A stretch of 18,128 nt of DNA, taken from Prasinococcaceae sp. CCMP 1430. Lineage: Eukaryota > Plantae > Prasinodermophyta. Numbering within the stretch: the first letter of the stretch is position 1; each line of letters begins with the position of its first letter. Location of the stretch: contig RQSC01000024.1 in assembly GCA_013416795.1 (NCBI GenBank), positions 1 through 18,128 of the forward strand, read 5' to 3'. Positions 1-9,476 of this stretch are shown here, piece by piece. The notes under the pieces were generated by a model. That model did not search any database. It saw only the letters and a program-made list of their open reading frames with translations, and was not told where the DNA came from. A program made the translations under genes and the position numbers.

Positions 1-345
1 GACGCCGGCGACGCGCTGGCGCACCGCACGCGCGAGCTGGCGCGCCGCGACGCGGCGCTCGCCGAGCTCGAGGGGCGGTACCGCGTCGCCTCCGCCACGG
101 CGGCCCAGAAGGACGGCGCGATCGACTGCCTGCGCGGCGAGCTCTCCGCCGCCAGGGCGCGGCTCGACGACAGCGCGGACCTGCTGGGCGATCGCCAGGC
201 GCTCGAGGACACCGTGCGCCGGCAGGACGACGTCATCCTCCGCCAGAGAGAGGAGCTCGTGCGCCTGCGTGAGCTGGTCGAGCGCACGGACGCGCGCCTG
301 CTCGAGACGGAGGAGGAGGCCAGCGACCTGAGGGCCATGGCCCAG
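1..345 (+). CDS. 5'-partial exon of a coiled-coil/Kelch/FN3 protein (coiled-coil part)
   Basis: Frame 1 is open from base 1 with G/C-ending codons and an L/E/R/A-rich heptad-like translation (DAGDALAHRTRELARRDAALAELEG...EEEASDLRAMAQ). It ends at a CAG|GTGCGT donor at 345/346 and joins in frame (phase 0) to 581. Confidence 0.8.
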
Positions 346-580
346 GTGCGTGCGCTCGGAGTCGAGCGCGGGCCGGGGAAGGTTGGGAGGCAGAAAGAGA
401 CAGACTGACAGAAAGAGAGACAGAGCGCGCGCGCGTACACGCCTGCCTGTGCGCGCAAAAGAGAGAATGCCTTGTGCCCGCAAGCCTCACGCGCGCACGG
501 TGTGCATATGCTCGCGCGCGCATGTGTGTGTGTGTGTGCACATAAACTAATCCAAGCGCACAACGACCGCGCGCGCGCAG
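346..580 (+). other. spliceosomal intron (235 nt)
   Basis: GTGCGT donor at 346, ACTAAT branch-like site at 546-551, GCGCAG acceptor ending at 580; contains a short (TG)n. Removal gives a continuous ORF. Confidence 0.8.
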
Positions 581-2203
581 GCCACCACGCGCCTGGCGTA
601 CCTCTTCGGCGGTGCGCCGTGGCTGGTGCGCACCGAGCGACGGCGCCTGCGGGGCGACGCGCCGCGCGACCGCGCCGAGGGCACGCTCACCGCCGTCGGC
701 CGGCGGCTGGTATTGGTCGGCGGGGAGTGCGCGACGACGGGGACGGGTGCGAGCGCGCCCGTCCCCGTGGGCGGCGGTGGCGACACGCACTGTCTCGACC
801 TGGACGCCATGGCGTGGACGCTCGTGCCCGCTCAGGCCTGCAGAGGCGCAGGCGCCGCCCGCGCTGGCCACGCCGCGGCGGTGGGGGCCAAAGGCCGCCT
901 CGTTGTGGTGGGCGGGCGCGCTGTGGAGGCGCCCGCAGCAGCGGCCGCGCGCGCGAGCGAGAAATTGGAGAGTGCCGCCGACGCCGGGGACAGTGGCGGC
1001 GTTGGGGACGACGGCTCCGGCGACGCCCCCACGTCGGCCAGCGCGGGCGGTGCTCCGACGCATCGCGCGGACGCCGCCGTTATGGACTTGGACGCGTTGC
1101 GCTGGGGCGCTCCCCGCCTCAGCCCCCAGGGGGTGGCCGCCGCGCGCGAGGGCGCGGCCGCGTGCGCGGTGCGTGGGCGCTGCTACGCCTTCGGCGGATG
1201 GGATGCGCGCGCCCAGTGCCTCACCGCGGACCTCCTTCGCCTGGACTTTTCCGAGGCGGAAGCCTGGGCGACCGTGCCCACGCGCGGCGCGGCGCCGCCG
1301 CCGCGGCGCGACCACGCGCTGTGCGCGGCCCAGGATGGCCGCCGCCTGTGGCTCTTCGGCGGGCGCGGCGGCAACGGCGGCGCGCTCGCCGACCTGCACG
1401 TGCTCCACCTCGACATGGCGGTGCCGAGCTGGCAACACCTGGCGCAGCCGTCCGGTGCGCGATGGCCGAGCGCGAGAGAGGGCGCCAGCGTTGGGTTCGT
1501 CGATGGAAGGCACCTGGTGCTGGCGGGCGGCCAGGATGGCCAGGGGGCGCTCGAGGACGCGTGGGTCATGGACACCGAGACGCTCGAGTGGGTGCCACTC
1601 GAGGACGCCGCGAGCGAGGGCGTCCCCACGACGCCGGTGACGCCTTCGGCAGCGTCAAGGGCCGACTCTCCGTCCCTGCGGCGTCCCCGCGGCGCAGCGC
1701 AGGCAGCACGCCCGGGCGGCGGCGCGCCGCGTGCGGGGCAGGCGTCGGTGCTGAGCGCGAGTGGCCTGACGCACGCGCCGTATCGCGCCATGGTTGGCAG
1801 GCGGCTCTACGCGCTCCACTCCAGCGGCCCGGACCAGCTATTGAGCGAGCTGACGTGGATGGAGCTCACGCCGCCCGACGAGCTCGAGGCGCTGCGACCC
1901 GCGCGCAGCGACGCAGCCCGAGCCTCCGACCGCCCCGAGCTCGCCGACGAGGTGGCGGCGACCGCGCACACGCTCGAGGTCGCGTGGGGCGTGCCGCAGC
2001 GCAGCGCCGACCTCGTCGACCACTGCAAGCTCCTGATGGCCTCCACCGGCGGCGTGGTGCGCGAGGTCTGCTCGGGCCGCATGTCCAAGCACACGGTCAC
2101 CGGCCTGCGCGCCAACACGGAGTACATCTTCAGCGTCAAGGTGGTGTACGTGGACGGGCTGTGCAGGTGGTCGGAGAGCAAGGCGTACCGCACGCGCATG
2201 TAG
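581..2203 (+). CDS. last exon: Kelch-repeat beta-propeller plus C-terminal fibronectin type III domain
   Basis: Six Kelch-type hydrophobic-GG motifs (YLFGG, LVLVGG, LVVVGG, YAFGGWD, WLFGGRG, VLAGGQD) with P..R..H-type linkers (PPPRRDHALC). The C-terminus LEVAWGVP...TVTGLRANTEYIFSVKV...G...WSE fits the FN3 consensus. Stop TAG 2201-2203. Confidence 0.85.
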   Translation, partial: ATTRLAYLFGGAPWLVRTERRRLRGDAPRDRAEGTLTAVGRRLVLVGGECATTGTGASAPVPVGGGGDTHCLDLDAMAWTLVPAQACRGAGAARAGHAAAVGAKGRLVVVGGRAVEAPAAAAARASEKLESAADAGDSGGVGDDGSGDAPTSASAGGAPTHRADAAVMDLDALRWGAPRLSPQGVAAAREGAAACAVRGRCYAFGGWDARAQCLTADLLRLDFSEAEAWATVPTRGAAPPPRRDHALCAAQDGRRLWLFGGRGGNGGALADLHVLHLDMAVPSWQHLAQPSGARWPSAREGASVGFVDGRHLVLAGGQDGQGALEDAWVMDTETLEWVPLEDAASEGVPTTPVTPSAASRADSPSLRRPRGAAQAARPGGGAPRAGQASVLSASGLTHAPYRAMVGRRLYALHSSGPDQLLSELTWMELTPPDELEALRPARSDAARASDRPELADEVAATAHTLEVAWGVPQRSADLVDHCKLLMASTGGVVREVCSGRMSKHTVTGLRANTEYIFSVKVVYVDGLCRWSESKAYRTRM

Positions 2204-2407
2204 CCGGACCGCGGCGCGGCGCGCGGGCGCGCGCACGCACGCAATCCCCGCCTCCCCCGCCCTCTCTCCGCCGGGCTGTTGTACAAATATCCGCGATCGT
2301 CCTCTTACAAGGCAGACCACGGAAGGGCTGAAGTTGCTATGCATGCGCGCCCGCCCGCGGGCCGCCGCGCGCTCGCGGTGTTGAATTTGGCCGCGGTCCA
2401 ACGCGCG

Positions 2408-3133
2408 CTAGATGTCGAGGTCATCCTCGTCCTCATCCTCGCCGTCCTCCCCGGCGTCGAACATGCCCGCCGCGAGGTTGGCCGCCGAGCCGTAGCCCCC
2501 GTTCATGGCATTGACGTTCTCCATAAGGTCGACGCCGCACGCCTTGCCGGCGTTGCCAACCTCCGCGACGACGGCCTCACGCGCAGCCTTGCGCTCGGCC
2601 TCCTCGCGGGCGCGCGCCGCCTCCTCTGCCGCGCGCTCGGCGGCCTCCTTGGCCTCGCGCTGTGCGCGCGCGGCCTCCGCCTCGGCGGCAGCGCACGCGC
2701 GCCTCCTCGGCGGCACGCTCGGCCGCGCGGCGCTCCTCAGCCTTGCGACGCGCCTCGAACTCGCCGAAGAGCTCGTCCGTGCCGGTGGCGCCGCTCGCGC
2801 CCGCGCCTCCGCCCGCGGCAGCCGCCGCCGCGGGCGGCTCGTCATCGTTGGCGCCCATGTCCGCCCACGCGGACACGTCCGAGATGACGGCCTCCTTGCG
2901 CGCGCCGCCGGCCGATGGCCTCATGATGGCAGGCTGACCGGCGCCGCCGATGCCCGAGCACTCCACCTTGCTCTTCTCACCTCCGTTCTGCGCCGACGCG
3001 CCGCCTGCGCCCGCCCCCGGCGCGCCACCGGCGCCAACGAAGGTGCCCGCCGCGCCCACCTGCAGGCTGGCGCCGCCCTCGGACATGGGCGGCGCTCCCG
3101 CCGAGGCGCCCTTGCCCTGCGCGCCGGAGTCGT
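2408..3133 (-). CDS. last exon of BET/GTE bromodomain protein (Gly/Ala-rich linker, E/A/R coiled coil, acidic tail); apparent frameshift near 2696-2702
   Basis: TACGCAG acceptor ends at 3134 and phase 1 matches the donor at 3452 (G|AC = Asp). FEARRKAEERRAAERAAEEAR continues after a frame change as AAEAEAARAQREAKEAAERAAEE...DEDEDDLDI, stop TAG at 2410-2408. Resembles the coiled-coil C-terminus of plant GTE proteins. Confidence 0.7.
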
Positions 3134-3452
3134 CTGCGTACGCGTGGGGGGGGAGGGTGGGGGGAACAGGCTGCGGTGAGCGACTGCTGGCTTGGCACAA
3201 GCGGGGCACGGCGTGCGGAACGCTGTGCGAGGCCCCCCCTCCTCCCTCCCCCGCAAACCGCCAGCTCTTTTTCTGGTGCGTGTGTGTGTCTTTTTTTCTT
3301 TTGTTTTTGAAGATTTGCGCGCGACGCGCGGGCGCGGGCGTCTTCGGGGGGGACGTGCCCCCGCTGCAAACGCAGCAAGAGCGAGGGCGCTCGCTCGCGG
3401 CCGCGGGCCCACGCAGCTGTATGGTACAGGATAGGTCGCCCTACCTACTCAC
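3134..3452 (-). other. spliceosomal intron (319 nt)
   Basis: On the - strand: GTGAGT donor at 3452, GCTCAC branch-like site near 3176-3181, pyrimidine tract, TACGCAG acceptor; phases are compatible. Confidence 0.8.
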
Positions 3453-4906
3453 CGTCGTCGCTGTCGCTGCTGTCGCTGCTGTCTCCGTCGCTCGAGCTGC
3501 TCGAGTCGTCCGACGACGACGAGTCGGCGGGCTGCTGCTGTGGCGGCGCCGCGGCGGCGGGCGCGGCGCCCGCGTGGACCAGAGCGGCGGACGAGGACGC
3601 TGAGGGGGCGCGATGGGTGCTCGGCGTCCCCGAGGGGGGCGGCTCAACGTCCGCCGCGGAGGGCTTCCAGAACGAGTTCTTTGACGCCGCCGAGGCGGCG
3701 CTGGACGCCGCGCGCGCGCGCGGCGCCAGGAGGCCGGCGCGACTTCGGAGCTGCCGCCCGCGGGCGGTGCGGCGGCGGCGGCGGCGGCAGCGCCGCCGCC
3801 GTCGATGGAGTTGATGTGGCTGTCGAGCGTGCCGAGCTTCTCCTGCCCTTGGCGGATGGCAGCCTCGGTCTCGGCGAGCTTGGCGGCGGCCTTCTCGGCC
3901 TCGGTCACGGGCACGGGCGCGGCGGCCTTCTTCGTGCTCTTGACGAACGCGTCCAGGTCCCACAGCACCTTGGCGGGCAGCGTGTCCACGTCGAGCTCGA
4001 TCTCCTCCTGGTCATTGCCCACGCCGGAGAGAGCCGCGTGCCGCTGGATGATGCCCACCATCTCCTGAATCTGGTCCTCGTCGAGCTCGCCGAGCGAGTT
4101 GGTGAGCTGCTCCTTCTCGTCGTACGTCATGTCGCGCATGGGCTGCGCGGGCTCCGACTTGGCTGCCGTCGCTGCGGCGGCCTGCTGCGCCTGCATCTGC
4201 TCGAACTGCCTGCCGCTCGCGGCGAGGTGCTCCGCGCCGTAGGCCGCCTGCGACACCGGCGGCGCCGCGGGCGCCGCGCGCTGGCGCGGCGGCGCGGCGG
4301 GCAGCCTGCCCCCGCCCGCGCGGAGCATGGCGTCCTCCGCGGCGGTCTTGTCGACGTGCTCCTGGATCTTGAGCTCGGCGCCCGCCCACAGCTTCTCGAA
4401 CCTCGCGAGGAGCTCCGACGCGAAGCTCGAGACGACGTGGCCCGGGCCGTTGTACGTGATGGCGTTGTTGAATATGAGGCGCATGTCCACTGCGAACTCG
4501 TTCCAGTGGCTGTAGGACTGCTGCTCGAGGCGGTTGTTCACCGTCATCAGGTCCATGGGGCTCTTGATCACGTCGAAGTAGTTCGGGATGCCCAGCGCGA
4601 CGGGGTCGACGGGCACCTGGAAGGCGGTCGACTTCTTGTTCTGGCGAATCTGCCCGTGGATGCTCGCGCACTTCTTCCACAGCCGCCCCTCGCGCAAGTT
4701 GCGCTCCTTGCGGATCTTCGTCGCCATGTCGGCGGGGCCACCCGAGGCGCTCGGCCTCGGCGAGCGCGACGGCACCGGCGCGGGCGCGGGCGGCTTGCGC
4801 CCGCGCGACCCGCCAGCGGCGCCGCGATCGCGCTTGCGCGGCTTGTACTCGGGCGACACCTGGTAGTCGTCGTCGTCGAGGTACGACGACGCCTCCCGCC
4901 GGTAGG

Positions 4907-4939
<33 letters not shown>

Positions 4940-5837
4940 ACTGCGCCACCTGCTGCCGCGCCTTCTCGGCCTCCCTGCGCACCTTCTCCATCTCCTGCTG
5001 CATCTTCTGCTGCATTTCCATCTGAGCCCTGGCCTGGGCCTCCATGTGGGCCTGCGCCTGCGCCTGACTCGCCTGCTTCTGCATCTCGATCCGCTTCAGC
5101 TGCTCCTGGATCGCCGCGAGCTTGGCGGCCTTCTTCTTCTTCTTTGCCTCCTTCTTGCGCCTCTTCTCCTCGGCCGCCTTGTCGACGCCGCCCCCCGCGG
5201 CGCCCTTGCTCCCCTTGCTGCTCTTGCCGCCTTTGGCCTTGCCCGCGGCGCCGTCGGCGCCCGACCCCCCCGCCCCCGCTGCGATCCCGGGCTTGATCGC
5301 CTTGTCCATCTCCTCGATCCAGATGCTCGAACCGGGCGGCCCGCCGACGATCGGAGTGCCGTCGCGCGCGACGAAGTCGGGGAGCGGGATGAGGGGCTCG
5401 GGCAACAGGTTGCCTGTCGAGCCGGCCTTGCCCACGGCGGGCGGCCCCTTGGGCTTGCCGAGGCCCGCGCCCTTGCCCTTGCCCTTGCCCTCGGACTTCT
5501 GCTTCTTCTGTGCGCGCGCGCCCGCGTCGTACGCGGGGTCGTCCCGCGCGAATTTCATCGAGGGCTGGCGCGAGCGCTTGCCCAGCGCCGACACGGTGGG
5601 CGACACGGGCACGGCCGCGGCGCCGCCTGCGGCGGCGTCCGCCGCCTCCGCGCTGGCCGCTGGCAGCTGCGGGAACGGCAGGGCCTCCACGGGCAGCTCC
5701 TCAAACGTGTACCCCTTGGGAAGCTTGGGCTTCATGCGCCTGGCCTCCTTTCGCGACATCCACACGGACACCGTCGACGCGGGGCCCGGCGGCGCCGCGG
5801 GGGGCGGGCCCGCAGCGGCGGAAGTCGGCGCGGCGGC
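3453..5837 (-). CDS. BET/GTE-family bromodomain + extraterminal (ET) domain protein, 5' end lost in gap; apparent frameshift at 3709-3722
   Basis: Bromodomain ~4680-4380 (FQVPVDPVALGIPNYFDVIKSPMDL...FAVDMRLIFNNAITYNG). ET domain ~4143-3945 (RDMTYDEKEQLTNSLGEL...EEIELDVDTLPAKVLWDLDAFV). Also polyQ, K-rich and S/D-rich tracts typical of BET proteins. Confidence 0.9.
4908..4937 (-). repeat. (CAG)10 coding trinucleotide repeat (polyQ)
   Basis: Ten CTG units on the + strand, translated as Q10 in the bromodomain gene. Confidence 0.95.
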
Positions 5838-6697
5838 NNNNNNNNNNNNNNNNNNNNNNNNNNNNNNNNNNNNNNNNNNNNNNNNNNNNNNNNNNNNNNN
5901 NNNNNNNNNNNNNNNNNNNNNNNNNNNNNNNNNNNNNNNNNNNNNNNNNNNNNNNNNNNNNNNNNNNNNNNNNNNNNNNNNNNNNNNNNNNNNNNNNNNN
6001 NNNNNNNNNNNNNNNNNNNNNNNNNNNNNNNNNNNNNNNNNNNNNNNNNNNNNNNNNNNNNNNNNNNNNNNNNNNNNNNNNNNNNNNNNNNNNNNNNNNN
6101 NNNNNNNNNNNNNNNNNNNNNNNNNNNNNNNNNNNNNNNNNNNNNNNNNNNNNNNNNNNNNNNNNNNNNNNNNNNNNNNNNNNNNNNNNNNNNNNNNNNN
6201 NNNNNNNNNNNNNNNNNNNNNNNNNNNNNNNNNNNNNNNNNNNNNNNNNNNNNNNNNNNNNNNNNNNNNNNNNNNNNNNNNNNNNNNNNNNNNNNNNNNN
6301 NNNNNNNNNNNNNNNNNNNNNNNNNNNNNNNNNNNNNNNNNNNNNNNNNNNNNNNNNNNNNNNNNNNNNNNNNNNNNNNNNNNNNNNNNNNNNNNNNNNN
6401 NNNNNNNNNNNNNNNNNNNNNNNNNNNNNNNNNNNNNNNNNNNNNNNNNNNNNNNNNNNNNNNNNNNNNNNNNNNNNNNNNNNNNNNNNNNNNNNNNNNN
6501 NNNNNNNNNNNNNNNNNNNNNNNNNNNNNNNNNNNNNNNNNNNNNNNNNNNNNNNNNNNNNNNNNNNNNNNNNNNNNNNNNNNNNNNNNNNNNNNNNNNN
6601 NNNNNNNNNNNNNNNNNNNNNNNNNNNNNNNNNNNNNNNNNNNNNNNNNNNNNNNNNNNNNNNNNNNNNNNNNNNNNNNNNNNNNNNNNNNNNNNNN
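5838..6697. other. assembly gap (860 N)
   Basis: Run of N; probably hides the 5' end of the bromodomain gene. Confidence 1.
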
Positions 6698-6749
<52 letters not shown>

Positions 6750-6844
6750 CACACACGCACACACACGCACACACACGCGCGCGCGCAGCAGCGTAGCGCA
6801 GCGCCGCGCGCGCGCGCTGTGGCGCGCGCGCGCGCGCGCGCGCG
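6698..6844. repeat. (CA)n microsatellite followed by (GC)n tracts
   Basis: Direct reading of the sequence. Confidence 0.95.
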
Positions 6845-7363
6845 TGCCCCGCCCCCACGTGGATTCCATCTGAATACGCCCACATTCCTTCACTAAATAT
6901 GGTTTCCATTTCAACATCTGATGTCTTTATATGTATGTATTCGACTTTGGATTCGTTGAGTTGTTGGCACTCACGCGCGCATGGTATTGTTGGTATCCCG
7001 ATGTCGCCCGGCCGCCGCGCGCGTTTCGCCCGGCGGCCGCGCGTACGGAATCCATTCGTGAAATCCATTTTCATCTGCGGAATCCAGTTTGGGATGGTGG
7101 ATGTCATATTGAATGTAACGTGGGATGGTTCTTGGATTCCGAATGCGGCCTCGACGCGCGCCGATGTGCGATTTCACCTTCTGTACGTCAAATTGAACCT
7201 ATTCGTATCAAAATGAAAGCGCTCGTGGTGATACAAAAATGCGTGCATGACAAATTTTTAGATCAAAACGCACCGATCGGTCGCAGCGGGGCGGGCGGGA
7301 GGGGAGGCGCGCGCGCGCAGGCCCCTCCGGAAGGCGGGCCGTCTTTTTTCAAAAAAAAAAAAG

Positions 7364-7650
7364 ATGTTCGGAGCGCGCGGGGGATTTCTCCACTTTCGCA
7401 TCATTTCTCGCCTCCAGAAAGCAGACGCAGGCCGCTACCGCCATGGGTTGCACCTCCATTGCTATCATTGCCTGTGGTTCGGTCACGCAAAAGTCGATTA
7501 AAAAAAAATGTTCGGAGCGCGCGGGGGATTTCTCCACTTTCGCATCATTTCTAGGCTCCAGAAAGAAGACGCAGGCCGCTACCGCCATGGGTTGCACCTC
7601 CATTGCCATCATTTACGAGGGTTCGGTCACACAAAACTCGATAAAAAAAA
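7364..7650. repeat. two-copy tandem repeat, 144-bp period, units bounded by A-tracts
   Basis: ATGTTCGGAGCGCGCGGGGGATTTCTCCAC... starts at both 7364 and 7508. About 12 substitutions by hand count (~92% identity). A-runs at 7351-7362, 7500-7508 and 7643-7650. Confidence 0.9.
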
Positions 7651-7722
7651 GGGGAAAAGCGGGCGAGGAAAAAAAGGGGGCCGCGGGGAGCCGCCGGCGG
7701 CCGCCGCCTGTGCGCGCGCTGC

Positions 7723-7745
7723 GTGTGTGTGTGTGTGTGTGCGCT

Positions 7746-7788
<43 letters not shown>

Positions 7789-7820
7789 GCGTGTGCGTGT
7801 GTGCGTGTGCGTGTGTGTGT

Positions 7821-7851
<31 letters not shown>

Positions 7852-7904
7852 CGTGCGTGTGTGTGGGTGTTTGTGCTTGTGTGTGTGCTCGTGTGTGTGT
7901 GTGT
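7723..7904. repeat. compound (TG)n/(GC)n microsatellite
   Basis: Direct reading of the sequence. Confidence 0.95.
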
Positions 7905-7966
7905 ACGCGCGCCACACGGGGCGCCGCCCGCGCGGGGCCGGTGCCCGCGCCCGCCCGCCCTCTGCC

Positions 7967-8559
7967 NNNNNNNNNNNNNNNNNNNNNNNNNNNNNNNNNN
8001 NNNNNNNNNNNNNNNNNNNNNNNNNNNNNNNNNNNNNNNNNNNNNNNNNNNNNNNNNNNNNNNNNNNNNNNNNNNNNNNNNNNNNNNNNNNNNNNNNNNN
8101 NNNNNNNNNNNNNNNNNNNNNNNNNNNNNNNNNNNNNNNNNNNNNNNNNNNNNNNNNNNNNNNNNNNNNNNNNNNNNNNNNNNNNNNNNNNNNNNNNNNN
8201 NNNNNNNNNNNNNNNNNNNNNNNNNNNNNNNNNNNNNNNNNNNNNNNNNNNNNNNNNNNNNNNNNNNNNNNNNNNNNNNNNNNNNNNNNNNNNNNNNNNN
8301 NNNNNNNNNNNNNNNNNNNNNNNNNNNNNNNNNNNNNNNNNNNNNNNNNNNNNNNNNNNNNNNNNNNNNNNNNNNNNNNNNNNNNNNNNNNNNNNNNNNN
8401 NNNNNNNNNNNNNNNNNNNNNNNNNNNNNNNNNNNNNNNNNNNNNNNNNNNNNNNNNNNNNNNNNNNNNNNNNNNNNNNNNNNNNNNNNNNNNNNNNNNN
8501 NNNNNNNNNNNNNNNNNNNNNNNNNNNNNNNNNNNNNNNNNNNNNNNNNNNNNNNNNNN
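7967..8559. other. assembly gap (593 N)
   Basis: Run of N. Confidence 1.
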
Positions 8560-8637
<78 letters not shown>

Positions 8638-8727
8638 CACACACGCACACACACATGCGCACATGCACACACGCACACACACACACACACACGCACGCAC
8701 GCAAACACACACACACACGCACACACT
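8560..8727. repeat. (CA)n microsatellite (probably intronic)
   Basis: Direct reading; lies just before the candidate acceptor at 8735. Confidence 0.95.
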
Positions 8728-8735
8728 CATATTAG

Positions 8736-8960
8736 CGGCGGTGGCGGTGGCGGGCGTCGCCGCGCTGGCGTCGCCGAGGAGGCGTCGCTGCCGTGGCACG
8801 CGCAGCTGGCGGCGCTGCCGGCGCTGCCCCAGTCGGCGAGCTTCGCCAAGGCCGCCGAGGGCAGGCAGCCCTCCAGCCGCGCCGAGCTCGAGGCCGCGTC
8901 GGCGCGCGCGCTCGAGGCGAAGGAGGTCGGCGACAAAGCGCTCGAGATGGCGGCGAAGAG
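8736..8960 (+). CDS. CEBPZ: internal exon of CEBPZ/Mak21/Noc1 (N-terminal region)
   Basis: ...EEASLPWHAQLAALP...LEAKEVGDKALEMAAKR ends at AG|GTGCGA (phase 2) and splices in frame to FERDSGNAQDLRWLRKV at 10989. This matches the recalled W(Y/H)...KRELGERLM..F segment of plant Noc1. The 5' acceptor (ATTAG at 8735) is less certain. Confidence 0.6.
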
Positions 8961-9025
8961 GTGCGAGAGGGCGCGCGCGCCCGCGAGCGAGCGAGCGAGC
9001 GTGCGCGCGCGCGCGCGCGCGCATC

Positions 9026-9028
<3 letters not shown>

Positions 9029-9117
<89 letters not shown>
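9029..9117. repeat. (TG)n immediately followed by (CA)n
   Basis: TG repeat to 9060, GC at 9061-9062, CA repeat 9063-9117. Confidence 0.95.
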
Positions 9118-9119
<2 letters not shown>

Positions 9120-9368
9120 CGCGCGCTCACTGTACAGACTTGTCGTTACAGCGGCTGGCGCGTCTGCGTCAGGCGCGCGAGGCGAGCGGCGCCGCCGGCC
9201 TTGCCATCGGCGGACAGCATCTCGAGCGGCGACTGCATGCGCTCGGCGCCCTGCAGGCGCTCGGAGGCGGCCCTCGCGGCGCTCCACAGGCGCTCCCTCA
9301 GCCTCGCGCGCCGCAGCTCGCGCAGCCCCCTGCGCTGCCTCGCGCAGGCTCCAGTTCTTGCTGTACAG

Positions 9369-9476
9369 ACACGCTGCCAGCGAGCTCGGCCTCGCCGCCG
9401 CGCGCCCGGCCGGCAAGGCGGGCGCCAAGGCGGGCGGCAAGGGGGGGAAGCATGCCAAGGGGGCGAGCAGCAGCAG
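9369..9476 (+). CDS. CEBPZ: probable most N-terminal visible exon of CEBPZ/Noc1 (start 9348 or 9369)
   Basis: HAASELGLAAARPAGKAGAKAGGKGGKHAKGASSS uses AAG/GGC/GCG codons and ends at a typical AG|GTGCGT donor at 9476/9477. AASELGLA resembles the recalled FASSIGLA motif near the N-terminus of plant Noc1. Candidate acceptors at 9347 and 9368 both give phase 2. Confidence 0.4.

Noticed and set aside
7010-7038. 8-bp GC hairpin (GGCCGCCG/CGGCGGCC) as a terminator or structured element
   Set aside because: Short GC-only stems are expected by chance at this composition, and there is no other support.
7364-7650. 144-bp unit as U1 snRNA, tRNA/SINE, or C/D snoRNA
   Set aside because: CCATTGC and TTGCAC recall the U1 AUUGCAC loop, but the 5' ACUUACCUG and the Sm site are absent. 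No convincing A/B box pair or cloverleaf. ATGATG lacks the full box C and there is no matching CTGA box D.
7364-7650. CRISPR-like array, or a repeated small peptide gene (MGCTSIAII...)
   Set aside because: Only two long units with no unique spacers, in a eukaryotic context. The repeated peptide follows simply from 144 being a multiple of 3, and the codon usage differs from the host genes.
9330-9380. CEP104/TOG gene call from CLYSKNWSLREAA
   Set aside because: One short motif with no supporting HEAT repeats on either side; kept only as a note in a finding.
9298-9453. - strand MLPPLAARLGARLAGRARGG..., resembling a mitochondrial transit peptide
   Set aside because: It depends on repeated CTT codons that are the reverse complement of AAG Lys codons in the + strand exon, which also has a canonical donor.
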